A DNA stretch of 50,500 nucleotides from IMG/VR virus record IMGVR_UViG_3300020202_000093, positions 1 through 50,500 of that record; one strand, 5' to 3'. This stretch comes from a virus (lineage: Duplodnaviria > Caudoviricetes). Of the stretch, positions 20,072 to 29,700 are shown piece by piece. The notes beneath the pieces are model-generated. The model was given only the letters and a program-made list of their open reading frames with translations, ran no database searches and was not told the DNA's origin. A program made the position numbers and the translations under genes. Within the stretch, counting starts at the first letter, position 1. Each line of letters begins with the position of its first letter.

Positions 20072-23000
20072 CGATGTACCTCGGCAACGACCGCAATGTG
20101 ATTCGCGACGCTGTCCTGTCGGCGCTCAACATCGTGCCGAGCGCTGTCGTCTACCGGACGGACACGGCGGCGAAACTGGGCAGCGGCAGCGTGAGCCTCA
20201 CCGGCGACTACACCGGCCAGGCCGACGCGAACTACGACGTTGAGATCGTGGACACGGCCGGCACGACGCGGCGGATCTCTGCGCCGAAGTTCGTTGGTGT
20301 CGGCAGCGGCCGCATCTCCGACATCGCCGCGACGACGGACCTTGCGGCGCAGACGATCACTGTAACGCTGGAGGACGCGGGCACGATCACCGAGTATGCG
20401 CAGGCGCCGTTTCAGGGCGCGACGTTGCGGGCCGCGGCGGCTGGATCGAGCGGCAACAGCATCAGCGTATCGGTGTCGGAGGCTGGCCTGACGGCGACGG
20501 CGACGAACTATGCGCTGCGCGAACCGTTGCGCGCCGGGACGAATGAGTATGTCGGCGACCACTGGAACTTCGGCGCCGTCGTCTTGAACCCGGACGGCAC
20601 GATACCGAGCAATGCGCCGCGCATTCGGTTCGGACACGACCCGCAGGTGTATCGCGCGTATCGCGCGTTCAAGGGCGGGCGCTACGTCTACTCCTTCAGC
20701 CCGGCGCCCGTGCGCGACGTGGCTGCTGGTGCTCGCGTCAAGACAGTCACCGGCACGCGCACGATCACGATCACGGACGGCGTGACGCCTGAGACCCACA
20801 CCAGCATCACCACGCTGTACGACGCGCTGACGAAGATCCGCGACGACTCCGCGCTCGTGACGGTCGTCGGGCCGATCGTCAATGATCGGCTGCCGGGCGG
20901 GCAGGCGGTGGTTGATCTGTCGGTGAGGACATCCAGCTACGTGTCCACGGTCGAGGCCGATGGTTCGTCCTACGTGCGCAATGCCGACATCGGCATCACC
21001 GTGGCGAGCAATGCGCCGACCGAACTGCTGACGATCGAGTGCAAGGATTCGACGTCGCCGGGGTCTGAGACCTGGGGCGTTCGCGGGCAGGTAAGCGGCG
21101 AACAGGCCGATGCCGTGACGGGCGTTGCTTATAGCGCTGCCGGGTACGGGTTCACCATCCCGACGATTGCGCCGCCGCCCGTGCCGAGTTCGAACCGGAC
21201 TTCAGCGGTGCTTGAGCCGATCGATCGTTCGGAAGAAGAGGAGATTCCGAAGCTCTGTTACGAGAACCTCGTTATTGGCGCGCAGGCACGCGCGAAGACC
21301 TACACCTTTATCTGGCGTCGTCGCCCTGGCGATTGCGAGTGTGGCGACATCGATGGCGGTCCGATTGACCGTCTGTTAGGCATTGACTCAACTACGGAGG
21401 GCCAAGTGAGCACTCTGCACGAAGACCTGCAAGAGCCTTTCGAGGACTTGTACGGTTGGTACAAGACATTCTCTGCTGGCGTGACGGACATCGAGACCTC
21501 GCCGAGCGTGTTCTTCCAATCGAACAGCGGCGCAATTGCGGCAGCGCAGGGGGTCGTTTCGATCTTCAGCGCCGCTCTGCGAAAGGTCGTGGCGGAACTG
21601 AACAACGTTCCGGCCGGGACTCAGACGACCTGGGACAGCGCACTGACCTCTGCCCAGACGGATCTGCAGGCGGTCGACACGATTGCCGAGATGGCGACGA
21701 CTTCGGGCGTGGATGCGTTCCTTGAGCGCTACCGAGCGGCAATGAACGACATGCTCGTCGAAGCGGGTATCGACCCAAATTTTGAGGACGCCGCACTTCA
21801 AGGGAATGAAGTGTGGCGGGACTACGGCGAGAATCACTGGTTCGAGAGCCTGGATGGGCTGCTCGCACTACAACCTGGACATTACTACCACAGCGCGAAG
21901 ATGGGGGCGGACGCGACGGGGCGTGCCGTGCCGGTCTCGACGCAGGAGTTCGGCGTCGGCATTGCGGTCGGGTGCGACCTGAAGGAAGGGGACAAGCTCT
22001 ACATCCTGATCGACACAGCTGGAGTTGTCCGGGCGACCTATCAGCAAGGTGATCGGATCGAGGTTCAGGTCACGCGGGCTGAGGCGTTGGCCTTGTTCGG
22101 TGGCGTGACCGGCGACAACACGCTGACGTTCAGCGTCATTGGCAGCGTGGCCGGACGGTTGGCAGATTATGAGCTGGTGACGACATCTCCGGCTGCGTAC
22201 AGCGACAGCGGCCTCAGTTTCGAGATCGAGCCCGGCGGCATTCGCTATGCGCTGGGCGACCGCTACACGTTCGACGTCGAGGCCGGGCGGTTCAAGTGGC
22301 GGAAGAACGGGGGGTCGTGGTCGAGTGCGACCGACATCGGTAGTGGCACGATCGAGGCGGGCCTAACCGCCGTGTTCACCGGAGGCGCTTCGCCGAGCTG
22401 GGTGGCTGGCGATCGATGGTCATTCACGGCCGAGGCGATCAATGGACCTGATCGACTGCGCCAGCCGACGCCTGGGCAACTGGCCTGGACGAGTTCGACG
22501 ACGGTTGCGATCACGCCGGCTGATGCGAATGCTGACGTGGCTGGCTTGTTGATCGCCGACCACACGATCCCGAGCACCGCGACAATCACGCTGCAGGGCA
22601 GCGACGACAATTTCAGCACGACGCCGTTCTCTCAGGTGGTCACCTGGCGCGAGCGGAATATCTGGCTGCCGTTCGCGAAGACCGACTATGCGAAGTGGCG
22701 GCTCGTCGTCACTACCGCCGGCTCGATCGATTGGCTGTGGCTCGGCGATTCGCTGCAGATGCAGATCAGCACGGGCGTCGTCGAGCTTGGCCGGCTGCTG
22801 AAGCGGCGTCGAATGCCGCGCCTGACGACACGCGCCGGGCTCGGTGTCGAGGTTTCGCATGACGCGCTGACGCAGGCCAGCGTCGATGCGCTGGTTGCGA
22901 TGCTGGAGCACGCGTGCACGAATGACGATGCGCGCTTCGGAATCGTGCCGAATTCACAAGAGGGCGAGGCAGCGATTGTTCGATTCGCCGCCGAGTCGTT

Positions 23001-23088
23001 GGAAATCGAGGACGCGAAGGCGTTTCAGCCGCGCGATACTGATTTCCGCTGGCATCGGCTGCACATGACGCTTGAGGCAGCCGCGTGA
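20068..23088 (+). CDS. Large tail-tip/virion structural protein (1006 aa)
   Basis: Follows the TMP; Thr/Gly-rich beta repeats (GDRYTFDV, GDRWSFTA); TITLQGSDDNFS near the C-terminus. Confidence 0.7.
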   Translation: MTMYLGNDRNVIRDAVLSALNIVPSAVVYRTDTAAKLGSGSVSLTGDYTGQADANYDVEIVDTAGTTRRISAPKFVGVGSGRISDIAATTDLAAQTITVTLEDAGTITEYAQAPFQGATLRAAAAGSSGNSISVSVSEAGLTATATNYALREPLRAGTNEYVGDHWNFGAVVLNPDGTIPSNAPRIRFGHDPQVYRAYRAFKGGRYVYSFSPAPVRDVAAGARVKTVTGTRTITITDGVTPETHTSITTLYDALTKIRDDSALVTVVGPIVNDRLPGGQAVVDLSVRTSSYVSTVEADGSSYVRNADIGITVASNAPTELLTIECKDSTSPGSETWGVRGQVSGEQADAVTGVAYSAAGYGFTIPTIAPPPVPSSNRTSAVLEPIDRSEEEEIPKLCYENLVIGAQARAKTYTFIWRRRPGDCECGDIDGGPIDRLLGIDSTTEGQVSTLHEDLQEPFEDLYGWYKTFSAGVTDIETSPSVFFQSNSGAIAAAQGVVSIFSAALRKVVAELNNVPAGTQTTWDSALTSAQTDLQAVDTIAEMATTSGVDAFLERYRAAMNDMLVEAGIDPNFEDAALQGNEVWRDYGENHWFESLDGLLALQPGHYYHSAKMGADATGRAVPVSTQEFGVGIAVGCDLKEGDKLYILIDTAGVVRATYQQGDRIEVQVTRAEALALFGGVTGDNTLTFSVIGSVAGRLADYELVTTSPAAYSDSGLSFEIEPGGIRYALGDRYTFDVEAGRFKWRKNGGSWSSATDIGSGTIEAGLTAVFTGGASPSWVAGDRWSFTAEAINGPDRLRQPTPGQLAWTSSTTVAITPADANADVAGLLIADHTIPSTATITLQGSDDNFSTTPFSQVVTWRERNIWLPFAKTDYAKWRLVVTTAGSIDWLWLGDSLQMQISTGVVELGRLLKRRRMPRLTTRAGLGVEVSHDALTQASVDALVAMLEHACTNDDARFGIVPNSQEGEAAIVRFAAESLEIEDAKAFQPRDTDFRWHRLHMTLEAAA

Positions 23089-23399
23089 TTTTGCTGCGCA
23101 TCGCGGGCGACCCGGCGCGGAATTTCGTGCGCAACCGTGAGGCTCGGTCTCTGGCCGAGCCTAAGGAGGCGGCGCACGAACTGCTGGTTGGCGTCTCGCC
23201 AATCCGCAGCGGCGACGAGAACGCGAATCTGAGCATCACTCTTCAGAACGCGGCCGGGCAGTGCTCGGCATTGTTCGCAATGCGCCCTTCGACCGGTGCC
23301 GCTGCTGTGCTGTACGACGACGCAGGCGAGCGCTTCGCCGGCATCGTCACTGCGATCACCCTGAGTGCTGATAGCTGCACGCTGGAGGTCCAGTCGTGA
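23085..23399 (+). CDS. Tail-tip protein, hypothetical
   Basis: GTGA-coupled within the tail operon. Confidence 0.6.
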   Translation: MILLRIAGDPARNFVRNREARSLAEPKEAAHELLVGVSPIRSGDENANLSITLQNAAGQCSALFAMRPSTGAAAVLYDDAGERFAGIVTAITLSADSCTLEVQS

Positions 23400-24679
23400 G
23401 GGCGTTGTCGGAAGCGTTGCCGCTGCGCACGACGGCAGTTTGGGGCGAGTACCGGGAAGCGAAGGCGATTCCGCACCGCTACGGCGAATGCGGTGGTGCC
23501 ATGTTGCAGTACGATCGCCAGCGCACGCAGTTCGTCTGGGCGGATCATGCAGTGCAGTCGGTCGACGAGGTGCTCGTCGGTGGTCAGCCGGCGGGGAATT
23601 GGGTCTGGCGCAACACGACGGATTCAACCGGACAGCCGATCGCGCTGGTTGAGTTCGATCAGCCTGTCGACGAGGGCGTGGACCTGCTGGCGCGCGGGCG
23701 TGGCAAACTGCACCCGACGCGTGGCACGCTGATCGAGTCTCCGGCCGATGTGCTGTGGGACATGCTGACGAACATCGCCGGCCGCGGCCTAGCCGAAAGC
23801 CAGTTCGCCGAGTTCCGCGCTGAATGCGAGCAGGCCGGCATTATCGTTGGCGGCAGTCTGCAGGATTCCGCACAGGCGGCGCGTGGCGCGGCGGTCGATC
23901 TGTGCCGCAGTATCGGTGCCCGATTCGCCCCGGACGCGCGCAGGATCGCGTTCCTGTGGCCGGGCGGGGCAGCTGCCACGGCCTCACTCGCGACGATCGA
24001 GCCGCCGCACGTGCTCGAGGCGAGGCAGCAGCATGCTGACATCGTGACCGAGCTGACGGTGCGGTATCGGTTCGAGGAGGGCGAGCCGCGCGAAGCGCTG
24101 GCCGTCGAGGCGCCGGGAGTGGTTGCACGCTACGGCCGGCGACCGGCTGAGCATGTCGCACCGTGGATCAGCAGCGCTCGCGTCGCACTGTCGGTGGCGA
24201 CACGCTTACTGCAACATCAGGCTCGGCCGGTGTGGTCGGTTGCGATCAACGGCATCGAACGCGAGCTGCGCATCGGCGACAAGGTGACGCTTGATCATCC
24301 CGTTTTGCCGCTCGGCGGGGAACACCGAGTGATCGGGCGAGAGTACGACGCTGAGCTGAAACGCACGGCGGTGTCGATTGCGGTGCCGGTCGGCGATACG
24401 CCGGCTGTGAGCCTGGTGCGACAGTCCACTAGGCTGACACCGGAACGGTACGCTGGCGTTTCGGTCGACACGCGGGGCACGCAGCGTCTGCTGACCGTCT
24501 ATGCGTCTGACGGCAGTCCGGCGGCGGGTGCGGCAGTAGTTCTGGATGGAGCGGTAACGCGCATCGCGGATGGAGCCGGACGCGTCGAGTTCCCCGCGGC
24601 AGTGATGCCTGTAGGCGCGCACACGCTGACGATCCGCACTGCAGACGGGGCGGAACTCGTGGTTGGGGTGACGGTGTGA
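23396..24679 (+). CDS. Tail hub/tip protein
   Basis: IPHRYG, LIESPADVLWDML and ELRIGDKVTLDHP motifs typical of baseplate-hub/Tal-like proteins. Confidence 0.65.
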   Translation: MRALSEALPLRTTAVWGEYREAKAIPHRYGECGGAMLQYDRQRTQFVWADHAVQSVDEVLVGGQPAGNWVWRNTTDSTGQPIALVEFDQPVDEGVDLLARGRGKLHPTRGTLIESPADVLWDMLTNIAGRGLAESQFAEFRAECEQAGIIVGGSLQDSAQAARGAAVDLCRSIGARFAPDARRIAFLWPGGAAATASLATIEPPHVLEARQQHADIVTELTVRYRFEEGEPREALAVEAPGVVARYGRRPAEHVAPWISSARVALSVATRLLQHQARPVWSVAINGIERELRIGDKVTLDHPVLPLGGEHRVIGREYDAELKRTAVSIAVPVGDTPAVSLVRQSTRLTPERYAGVSVDTRGTQRLLTVYASDGSPAAGAAVVLDGAVTRIADGAGRVEFPAAVMPVGAHTLTIRTADGAELVVGVTV

Positions 24680-25524
24680 CGACGCGTATATTTCGGGCGC
24701 AGCGAGTGGCGGGCGCAGCAGCCGGATTGAATCTCTCCGTGCGCATGCCGGCCCCTGGTTCTGGTGCCTCGGCGTGCTCATGCTCGAACATCGATCTCGG
24801 AATTGTAGGTGCCGAAGATCCGCTCGTAGGAGCATTCGGCTTCGGGCAAGCGCCGCTGATCTTGGCTGCGACAGGGACGATCTGCAGCGATACGCAATGG
24901 GACCTATCTACGGAGTGGACGCCAACGACGGAGGGCGGGGCAGAGCCGACGATCACGGCTGCCGGCAACACCGCATGGTTGGTCAGCGGCACCGCAGCGG
25001 GTGAGCTGGTGATCAGCCCTGCGGCGCTGTGCGGCGGTGCAGTGATCACGCTGCCGACGATCACGATCACGATCGGTGCTGCGTTGGGATGGGTCGACGG
25101 GCTGCAATTCGTCAACATCTTCAACCCGCAGGCGACATCCGACTTCGAGGTGGTCACGAAGAATGGCACGGACAATATTTCGCTGCAGGTGTTCAACGAC
25201 CTGTTCTGCTTCCTGCACATCTTCCCCGGGCAGAAGCTGACTGCGATCGATGTCGCCATCGATTTCCTCGCCGAGGCGCGCACATCCTCCGACCAGTACC
25301 GCTACTGGCTCCAGCTGCACTCTGATCACCCCACGGGAGACTGGAATCTGTACGACAGCGGCCTAAAGGCGGATGCGGCAGCGGGAACGTTTACGGTGGA
25401 CGAGGAATTCGAGGTCGCCGACCTCACCGCAGGTGAGTTGTACTTCTACGTCGACTGCGGTATCGCATCGGGCGACGTGACAATGACCTTGCGCCGGCTG
25501 CGGTTCTATTTCGAGGCCGCGTGA
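24676..25524 (+). CDS. Putative receptor-binding or tail-tip accessory protein
   Basis: Last large tail-operon gene; beta-rich, acidic C-terminal domain. Confidence 0.5.
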   Translation: MTTRIFRAQRVAGAAAGLNLSVRMPAPGSGASACSCSNIDLGIVGAEDPLVGAFGFGQAPLILAATGTICSDTQWDLSTEWTPTTEGGAEPTITAAGNTAWLVSGTAAGELVISPAALCGGAVITLPTITITIGAALGWVDGLQFVNIFNPQATSDFEVVTKNGTDNISLQVFNDLFCFLHIFPGQKLTAIDVAIDFLAEARTSSDQYRYWLQLHSDHPTGDWNLYDSGLKADAAAGTFTVDEEFEVADLTAGELYFYVDCGIASGDVTMTLRRLRFYFEAA

Positions 25525-25751
25525 TGAGATGGCAATTCGGCAAGCTGATCACCGGCGTAGGCGCAGATTGCGCTGGGTGTGCTGCGCGGCGTGCGGCAAT
25601 CCAAGCGGTCGCCAGGCGGATCGTTTCCCGCGTCTCAGCCCGTGAGCCTGCCCAGCTGCAGGCTGGAGGGCATGAGATACGCGACGAAAGCCGAGTGGGC
25701 CGAGGCGAAAGCGGCCGAACTCGAATCGAAGGCGCTGGCGATCCCGAGTGA
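25521..25751 (+). CDS. Hypothetical protein (CxxC-RR motif)
   Basis: Coupled to the previous stop; DCAGCAARR. Confidence 0.4.
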   Translation: MMRWQFGKLITGVGADCAGCAARRAAIQAVARRIVSRVSAREPAQLQAGGHEIRDESRVGRGESGRTRIEGAGDPE

Positions 25752-25875
25752 GTGCCGCGGGGCCGGCTATTCGGCGCGTCGGTATGCGCAGGGCATGGAC
25801 GACCGGGCGCAGCTGTGGCGTGAAGCCGCGCGGTATCGCAGGCTCGCTGAGCGGTACGCCGCGGCAGGGCAGTAG
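25672..25875 (+). CDS. Hypothetical protein
   Basis: SD GGAGG before MRYATKAEW; helical. Confidence 0.5.
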   Translation: MRYATKAEWAEAKAAELESKALAIPSECRGAGYSARRYAQGMDDRAQLWREAARYRRLAERYAAAGQ

Positions 25876-25893
25876 TCGCCGTACGATGGCGGC

Positions 25894-26262
25894 ATGGCAG
25901 ATGACGACCTCCACTGGGAGCCGCTGAACTACGGACGCCCGAATGGGGACTTGGTGCTGATGCTCGGCAGCACGGTCGTTGCACGCGTTGGTCGGCTCGT
26001 TAGCGGCGCGGGCTGGCTGAGTACGGTCGGCGTGCACCGGCAGGACTGGACGCGTCGGCCGAAGGTCGTCGCGCCGACACAGGTCGTCGCGCAGAAATGG
26101 GCGGAACGCTGGACACGAGTCAACCTCGAGCGTGAGAAGGCCTTTTTCCCAGTGCCGGTGCGCGGCACGGCCGGCATCATCCGATACGTCTATCCGGATC
26201 AAGCGGCGAGTGGATCACCTGCGCCGAAGCGACCGCAGTACACAGACCCGGGCGGTATTTAG
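25894..26262 (+). CDS. Hypothetical protein
   Basis: Trp-rich ORF ending convergently with 26281. Confidence 0.5.
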   Translation: MADDDLHWEPLNYGRPNGDLVLMLGSTVVARVGRLVSGAGWLSTVGVHRQDWTRRPKVVAPTQVVAQKWAERWTRVNLEREKAFFPVPVRGTAGIIRYVYPDQAASGSPAPKRPQYTDPGGI

Positions 26263-26280
26263 CCCCCCAGGTCACGCAGC

Positions 26281-26478
26281 TCACGGCGCGTTCTGCGTGG
26301 TCCTGGCGGCCTCGGTCAGTGCGCGCTCGACGCAGGCGCTGGCGGTCGATGCATATCCTGACGCCTGCAGCCGCTGCAGTGCGGCCACGCCCTCTGCTGA
26401 CAGCGTGACCTGTACGAGCGTAGCGCCGGTCTTGCGCAGGCGCTCACGGCGCGCCCGCTGGCGTTGGGCCGGGGTCAT
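26281..26478 (-). CDS. Small DNA-binding protein (ribbon-helix-helix-like)
   Basis: MTPAQRQRARRERL...VQVTLS.E...L..L pattern. Confidence 0.55.
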   Translation of the reverse strand: MTPAQRQRARRERLRKTGATLVQVTLSAEGVAALQRLQASGYASTASACVERALTEAARTTQNAP

Positions 26479-26488
26479 CGGGCGGCCG

Positions 26489-26959
26489 TCAGTCACGGCG
26501 GTATACCTCGTCGATCCAGGCCCACGCGATGCAGCGCTCGCAATCGCCCAGCCAGTGCACCGCCGGGTGCGGTTCCGGCAGGCATGCGGGCAGGTGCAGC
26601 AGTGCGGCGAGCCACGGCGCAGGCGGTAGATCGTCGGCGCGAGTAGCGAGCGCAGGGATCGCATGCAGCTGACGCCACAGGCCCGCCCCGGCCCTGGCCT
26701 GCATCGCCAGCGCGATCGTCACCAGCGCCGGCCCCTGTGGCTCGCTGATCGCCCAGACGGCCACGTGTCGGCTCGGGCGCTCCGACTCGACGATCCGGCG
26801 CAGGATCATGAGCCCGGACGGCGAGGGGAATTCGGCCTCGCCGGCGCGCTCGCACTCCGCGACCACCGGCCGCAGCTGAGCGAGGAGATTGTCGGAGACC
26901 TCCTCGCGCGAGGACCGCCGGACGTGGCCAGATGTGAGCGTGACGTGATTGAGGTACAC
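26489..26959 (-). CDS. Hypothetical protein
   Basis: YLNHVTLTSGHVRRS.R.EV N-terminus; part of a small leftward operon. Confidence 0.6.
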   Translation of the reverse strand: MYLNHVTLTSGHVRRSSREEVSDNLLAQLRPVVAECERAGEAEFPSPSGLMILRRIVESERPSRHVAVWAISEPQGPALVTIALAMQARAGAGLWRQLHAIPALATRADDLPPAPWLAALLHLPACLPEPHPAVHWLGDCERCIAWAWIDEVYRRD

Positions 26960-26961
26960 GA

Positions 26962-27168
26962 TTACTCGATCTCGATTCCGACGCGCATGGCGTCCGCGCG
27001 CGTCAGGACGATGCCCTGCGGGTGCTCGTAGCGAGCCGACAGGCTGGAGCCCACCGGATAGACGTCCGCGTCCAGGCGCGTGACAGCCTCGCCGGTGCTG
27101 GTGTGCAGCAGGTCGACGTCTCCGTCAGCGTTGATCCGACCGAAGTACTCAGGTTTCTGGTTGTTCAT
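26962..27168 (-). CDS. Hypothetical protein
   Basis: MNNQKPEYFGRIN...; its stop is 2 nt from the next start. Confidence 0.5.
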   Translation of the reverse strand: MNNQKPEYFGRINADGDVDLLHTSTGEAVTRLDADVYPVGSSLSARYEHPQGIVLTRADAMRVGIEIE

Positions 27169-27249
27169 CTGGGTATCCTGCATTCCGGGAGGTGACCACC
27201 GGCGTCGGCCGGTGGTCAGGGTGATGTGGCAGAGCCTCACAGGACCGTC

Positions 27250-27522
27250 TCAGTCGACGTAGGTCAGGGACTGCGTCAGTCCATCGAGCGCGTACACGCG
27301 CCACTCGTTGCCTTCAGCGTCGGTGCCCCACGCGTCCAGCACGGCGTCGGCCGTGTGCTCGACATAGTCCTCCAGCCCGAGGGGCTGCAGTTCCTCGATC
27401 ATGGCTTCAATCTTGGTGTCGATGCCGGAAAGGGTTTCGTCGAGAGCGACGCGGGCAATGCAGTCGTGGCTGATTGAGCGGCGGACAGCGGCGGCGGCGG
27501 TGGTGTATGCGTTGGTGCTCAT
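27250..27522 (-). CDS. Hypothetical acidic protein, first gene of a small leftward operon
   Basis: SD GGAGGAG; DAWGTDAEGNEWRV motif. Confidence 0.65.
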   Translation of the reverse strand: MSTNAYTTAAAAVRRSISHDCIARVALDETLSGIDTKIEAMIEELQPLGLEDYVEHTADAVLDAWGTDAEGNEWRVYALDGLTQSLTYVD

Positions 27523-27592
27523 CGTCTTGCTCCTCCGCCTGTAGACCCCGGCGGACAGGTGGTCGGTATCGACCGTGGAGATAGTCTAGCGC

Positions 27593-27604
27593 GTGACATG
27601 TCAC
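27593..27604. promoter_or_regulatory. Perfect 12-bp palindrome GTGACATGTCAC, candidate operator
   Basis: Intergenic, ~70 bp upstream of the 27522 operon, which ends in a DNA-binding gene. Confidence 0.45.
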
Positions 27605-27656
27605 TGTGCGCTACCGTTCGTCGGCTGAGTCAGATTGCACCAGGCGTCGGCACCGG

Positions 27657-29222
27657 CTATGATCGGCGCCGCTCGCCGGGGGTGAGCACGATCAGGATCG
27701 GCTCAGTCAGATAGAGCACGGAGCGCGCCCCCGCTACCACAATTGGCTGACACGCGGCGACCTCGGCGACGGGGTCGCCGCTGTCGTTTTTGCGGACCGT
27801 GATTCGCTCGCCGATCAGCGTCCGCAGTGCTTGCCGAGCGCGTGCGTGGTCGCGAGTGCGGTCGGCGATATCACGCAGCAGTCCGCGCCACAGGTCGCGC
27901 AGGCCGGGCAGGATCTGAGCTGGCTGCACTGCAGCTGCACTGATCGCTGCCTGTGCCTCAGATACTGCAGTCTCCGCGGCGATCAGCTCGGCGCGGGTGC
28001 TCGGCGTGATGATCCCGGCCCGCAAAGCGGCGAGGATGTTCTCGCGCGTGCGCTCGGCATCCGCGAGCCGGCGCTTGGCGCCATCGATATCCGGCGCTGC
28101 TCGACGCAATGCGGAGGCGACACTGCGACGCAATTGGGCCATTGCAGCGGGGCTGAGCAAGCGCTCCTGTATGCCCGCGAGTAATGCGGCCTCGGCATCC
28201 CGGCGCGCGAATCGCAGCGTGCTGGTGCACGTGCCGCGGTCCTTCGCTGTGGCGCAGCCGTAGCGGTAGCGGTCGATGATGACCATGGGACCACCGCAAT
28301 CGCCGCATCGCAGGATGCCGCTCAACAGATGCGTGCACGGACGACCAGCACGACTGCTTGCTGTGTCGCGCGAAACTCCGGTTAGGCGCGCTTGTGCGGC
28401 TGACCATGTCGCGGCGTCAATGATCGCCAACTCTGGATGCTCTGTCGTGATCCACTCGGCAGACGGACGTTCCTGCCGCACACGCCTGCCGGTGTCTGGG
28501 TGCTTGACCCAGCGCGAGCGATTCCAAATCTGGCGACCGACATAGATCGGGTTAGCCAGGATGCCGATGCCGCGTCGGTGGTCTCCGTAGATCGCGGTCA
28601 TCGCCCACGTCGAGCCACGCGGAGGCGGCACGCGGTCGCGGTTGAGTCCGGCCGCTATCTGCCTCGGACTGCGGCCTGCGATGTACTCGGCATAGATGCG
28701 CCGCACGACGTCAGCACGGGCCGGATCAATCTCGCGCTGCCCTACACCCGCCACGCGGTAGCCGTACGGCAGGCCGCCAGCGCTTGCCCCGCTGAGCGCT
28801 CGGCCTGCGAGGCCGCGGTGCGTCTTGTCGGCCAAGTCGTCCAGATACAGCTCGGACATGAGCCCGCGGAGCCCGACGTCGGCTTTGTGCGACTTCCGCC
28901 CGGTATCAACGCCATCCGACACGCCGATCAACCTGACGCCGGCAAACGTGAGTCGCTTGACCGCCTTCGCTGATTCGATACTGTCTCGGCTCAGACGTGA
29001 TAGGTCGTCGACCAGAATCACGTCATAGCGTTGAGCCTCGGCCAGCAGAGATCGATAGCCCGGCCGGTCTGCACGCGCGCCGCTGATCGCAGCATCGGTG
29101 TAGGCAACAGGATCAGGCCAGCCCTGTCGGGCGCAGTAGGCGCGGCAGTTGCGGAGCTGGTCGTCAAGCGACGCTTCGCGCTGGGCATCGCTGCTGTACC
29201 TGGCATAAGCCGCGACTCTCAT
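27657..29222 (-). CDS. Large serine recombinase (phage integrase)
   Basis: YARYSS catalytic Ser, DAAISG, DLSRLSR, recombinase domain PYGY/ILANPIYVG, and zinc ribbon LLSGILRCGDCGG. Confidence 0.95.
   Translation of the reverse strand: MRVAAYARYSSDAQREASLDDQLRNCRAYCARQGWPDPVAYTDAAISGARADRPGYRSLLAEAQRYDVILVDDLSRLSRDSIESAKAVKRLTFAGVRLIGVSDGVDTGRKSHKADVGLRGLMSELYLDDLADKTHRGLAGRALSGASAGGLPYGYRVAGVGQREIDPARADVVRRIYAEYIAGRSPRQIAAGLNRDRVPPPRGSTWAMTAIYGDHRRGIGILANPIYVGRQIWNRSRWVKHPDTGRRVRQERPSAEWITTEHPELAIIDAATWSAAQARLTGVSRDTASSRAGRPCTHLLSGILRCGDCGGPMVIIDRYRYGCATAKDRGTCTSTLRFARRDAEAALLAGIQERLLSPAAMAQLRRSVASALRRAAPDIDGAKRRLADAERTRENILAALRAGIITPSTRAELIAAETAVSEAQAAISAAAVQPAQILPGLRDLWRGLLRDIADRTRDHARARQALRTLIGERITVRKNDSGDPVAEVAACQPIVVAGARSVLYLTEPILIVLTPGERRRS
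27727..27739 (+). other. Candidate attP core GCCCCCGCTACCA (3' end of initiator tRNA-Met) inside the integrase gene
   Basis: Resembles the proteobacterial tRNA-fMet 3' end including CCA; encodes VVAGA near the integrase C-terminus. Confidence 0.65.
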
Positions 29223-29512
29223 GAGTATCGGAACGACCTAAGTAGATGCTTCCAGCCCGGCTTCCCTTTGTGCTTCATCTGCCAACGAATATGCGCAGGG
29301 CATCCGAAAAATAGATGGCGTATCTTGCTCTGGTTCCCAAGAAAGATCGGGAAGGTGAATGAACCGTATGGTTCGGCATTGAGATGGAGAGGCTCGCGTT
29401 CAACCGAAATCGAGATCTGAACTAAGCCCTCCAATTCGACCGGTTTGCCAAGAGTTCCGTCCGAGTTGATCGGCTGGAAGATGGCTTTTCCGATGGGCAA
29501 CACGTAGGACAT
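29219..29512 (-). CDS. Hypothetical protein; N-terminus resembles the tail-tube N-terminus
   Basis: ATGA-coupled to the integrase; by-eye alignment to 14687-15697. Confidence 0.55.
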   Translation of the reverse strand: MSYVLPIGKAIFQPINSDGTLGKPVELEGLVQISISVEREPLHLNAEPYGSFTFPIFLGNQSKIRHLFFGCPAHIRWQMKHKGKPGWKHLLRSFRYS

Positions 29513-29539
29513 GCAACGGCTCCAAGCTAGTAGGGCAGC

Positions 29540-29698
29540 CTACGCCGCAGCGTCCAGATCGGGCAACGGCACAGGATTCGTACGCGGCTCACGCCCAGCC
29601 TGCTGCGATGCCGGCTGCGCTGTCAGATAATCCCGCACGAGAATCTCGGCCAGCGCGTCAATCAGCTCAATCTCGGCAGGTAGAAGCGGGGCGCTCAT
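29540..29698 (-). CDS. Small protein, candidate recombination directionality factor
   Basis: LIDALAEILVRDYL helix; short ORF upstream of the serine integrase. Confidence 0.5.
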   Translation of the reverse strand: MSAPLLPAEIELIDALAEILVRDYLTAQPASQQAGREPRTNPVPLPDLDAAA

Positions 29699-29700
29699 TG

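Noticed and set aside
20068-25524. Diversity-generating retroelement or invertible tail-fibre switch
   Set aside because: No reverse transcriptase, TR/VR pair or invertase with inverted sites was seen.
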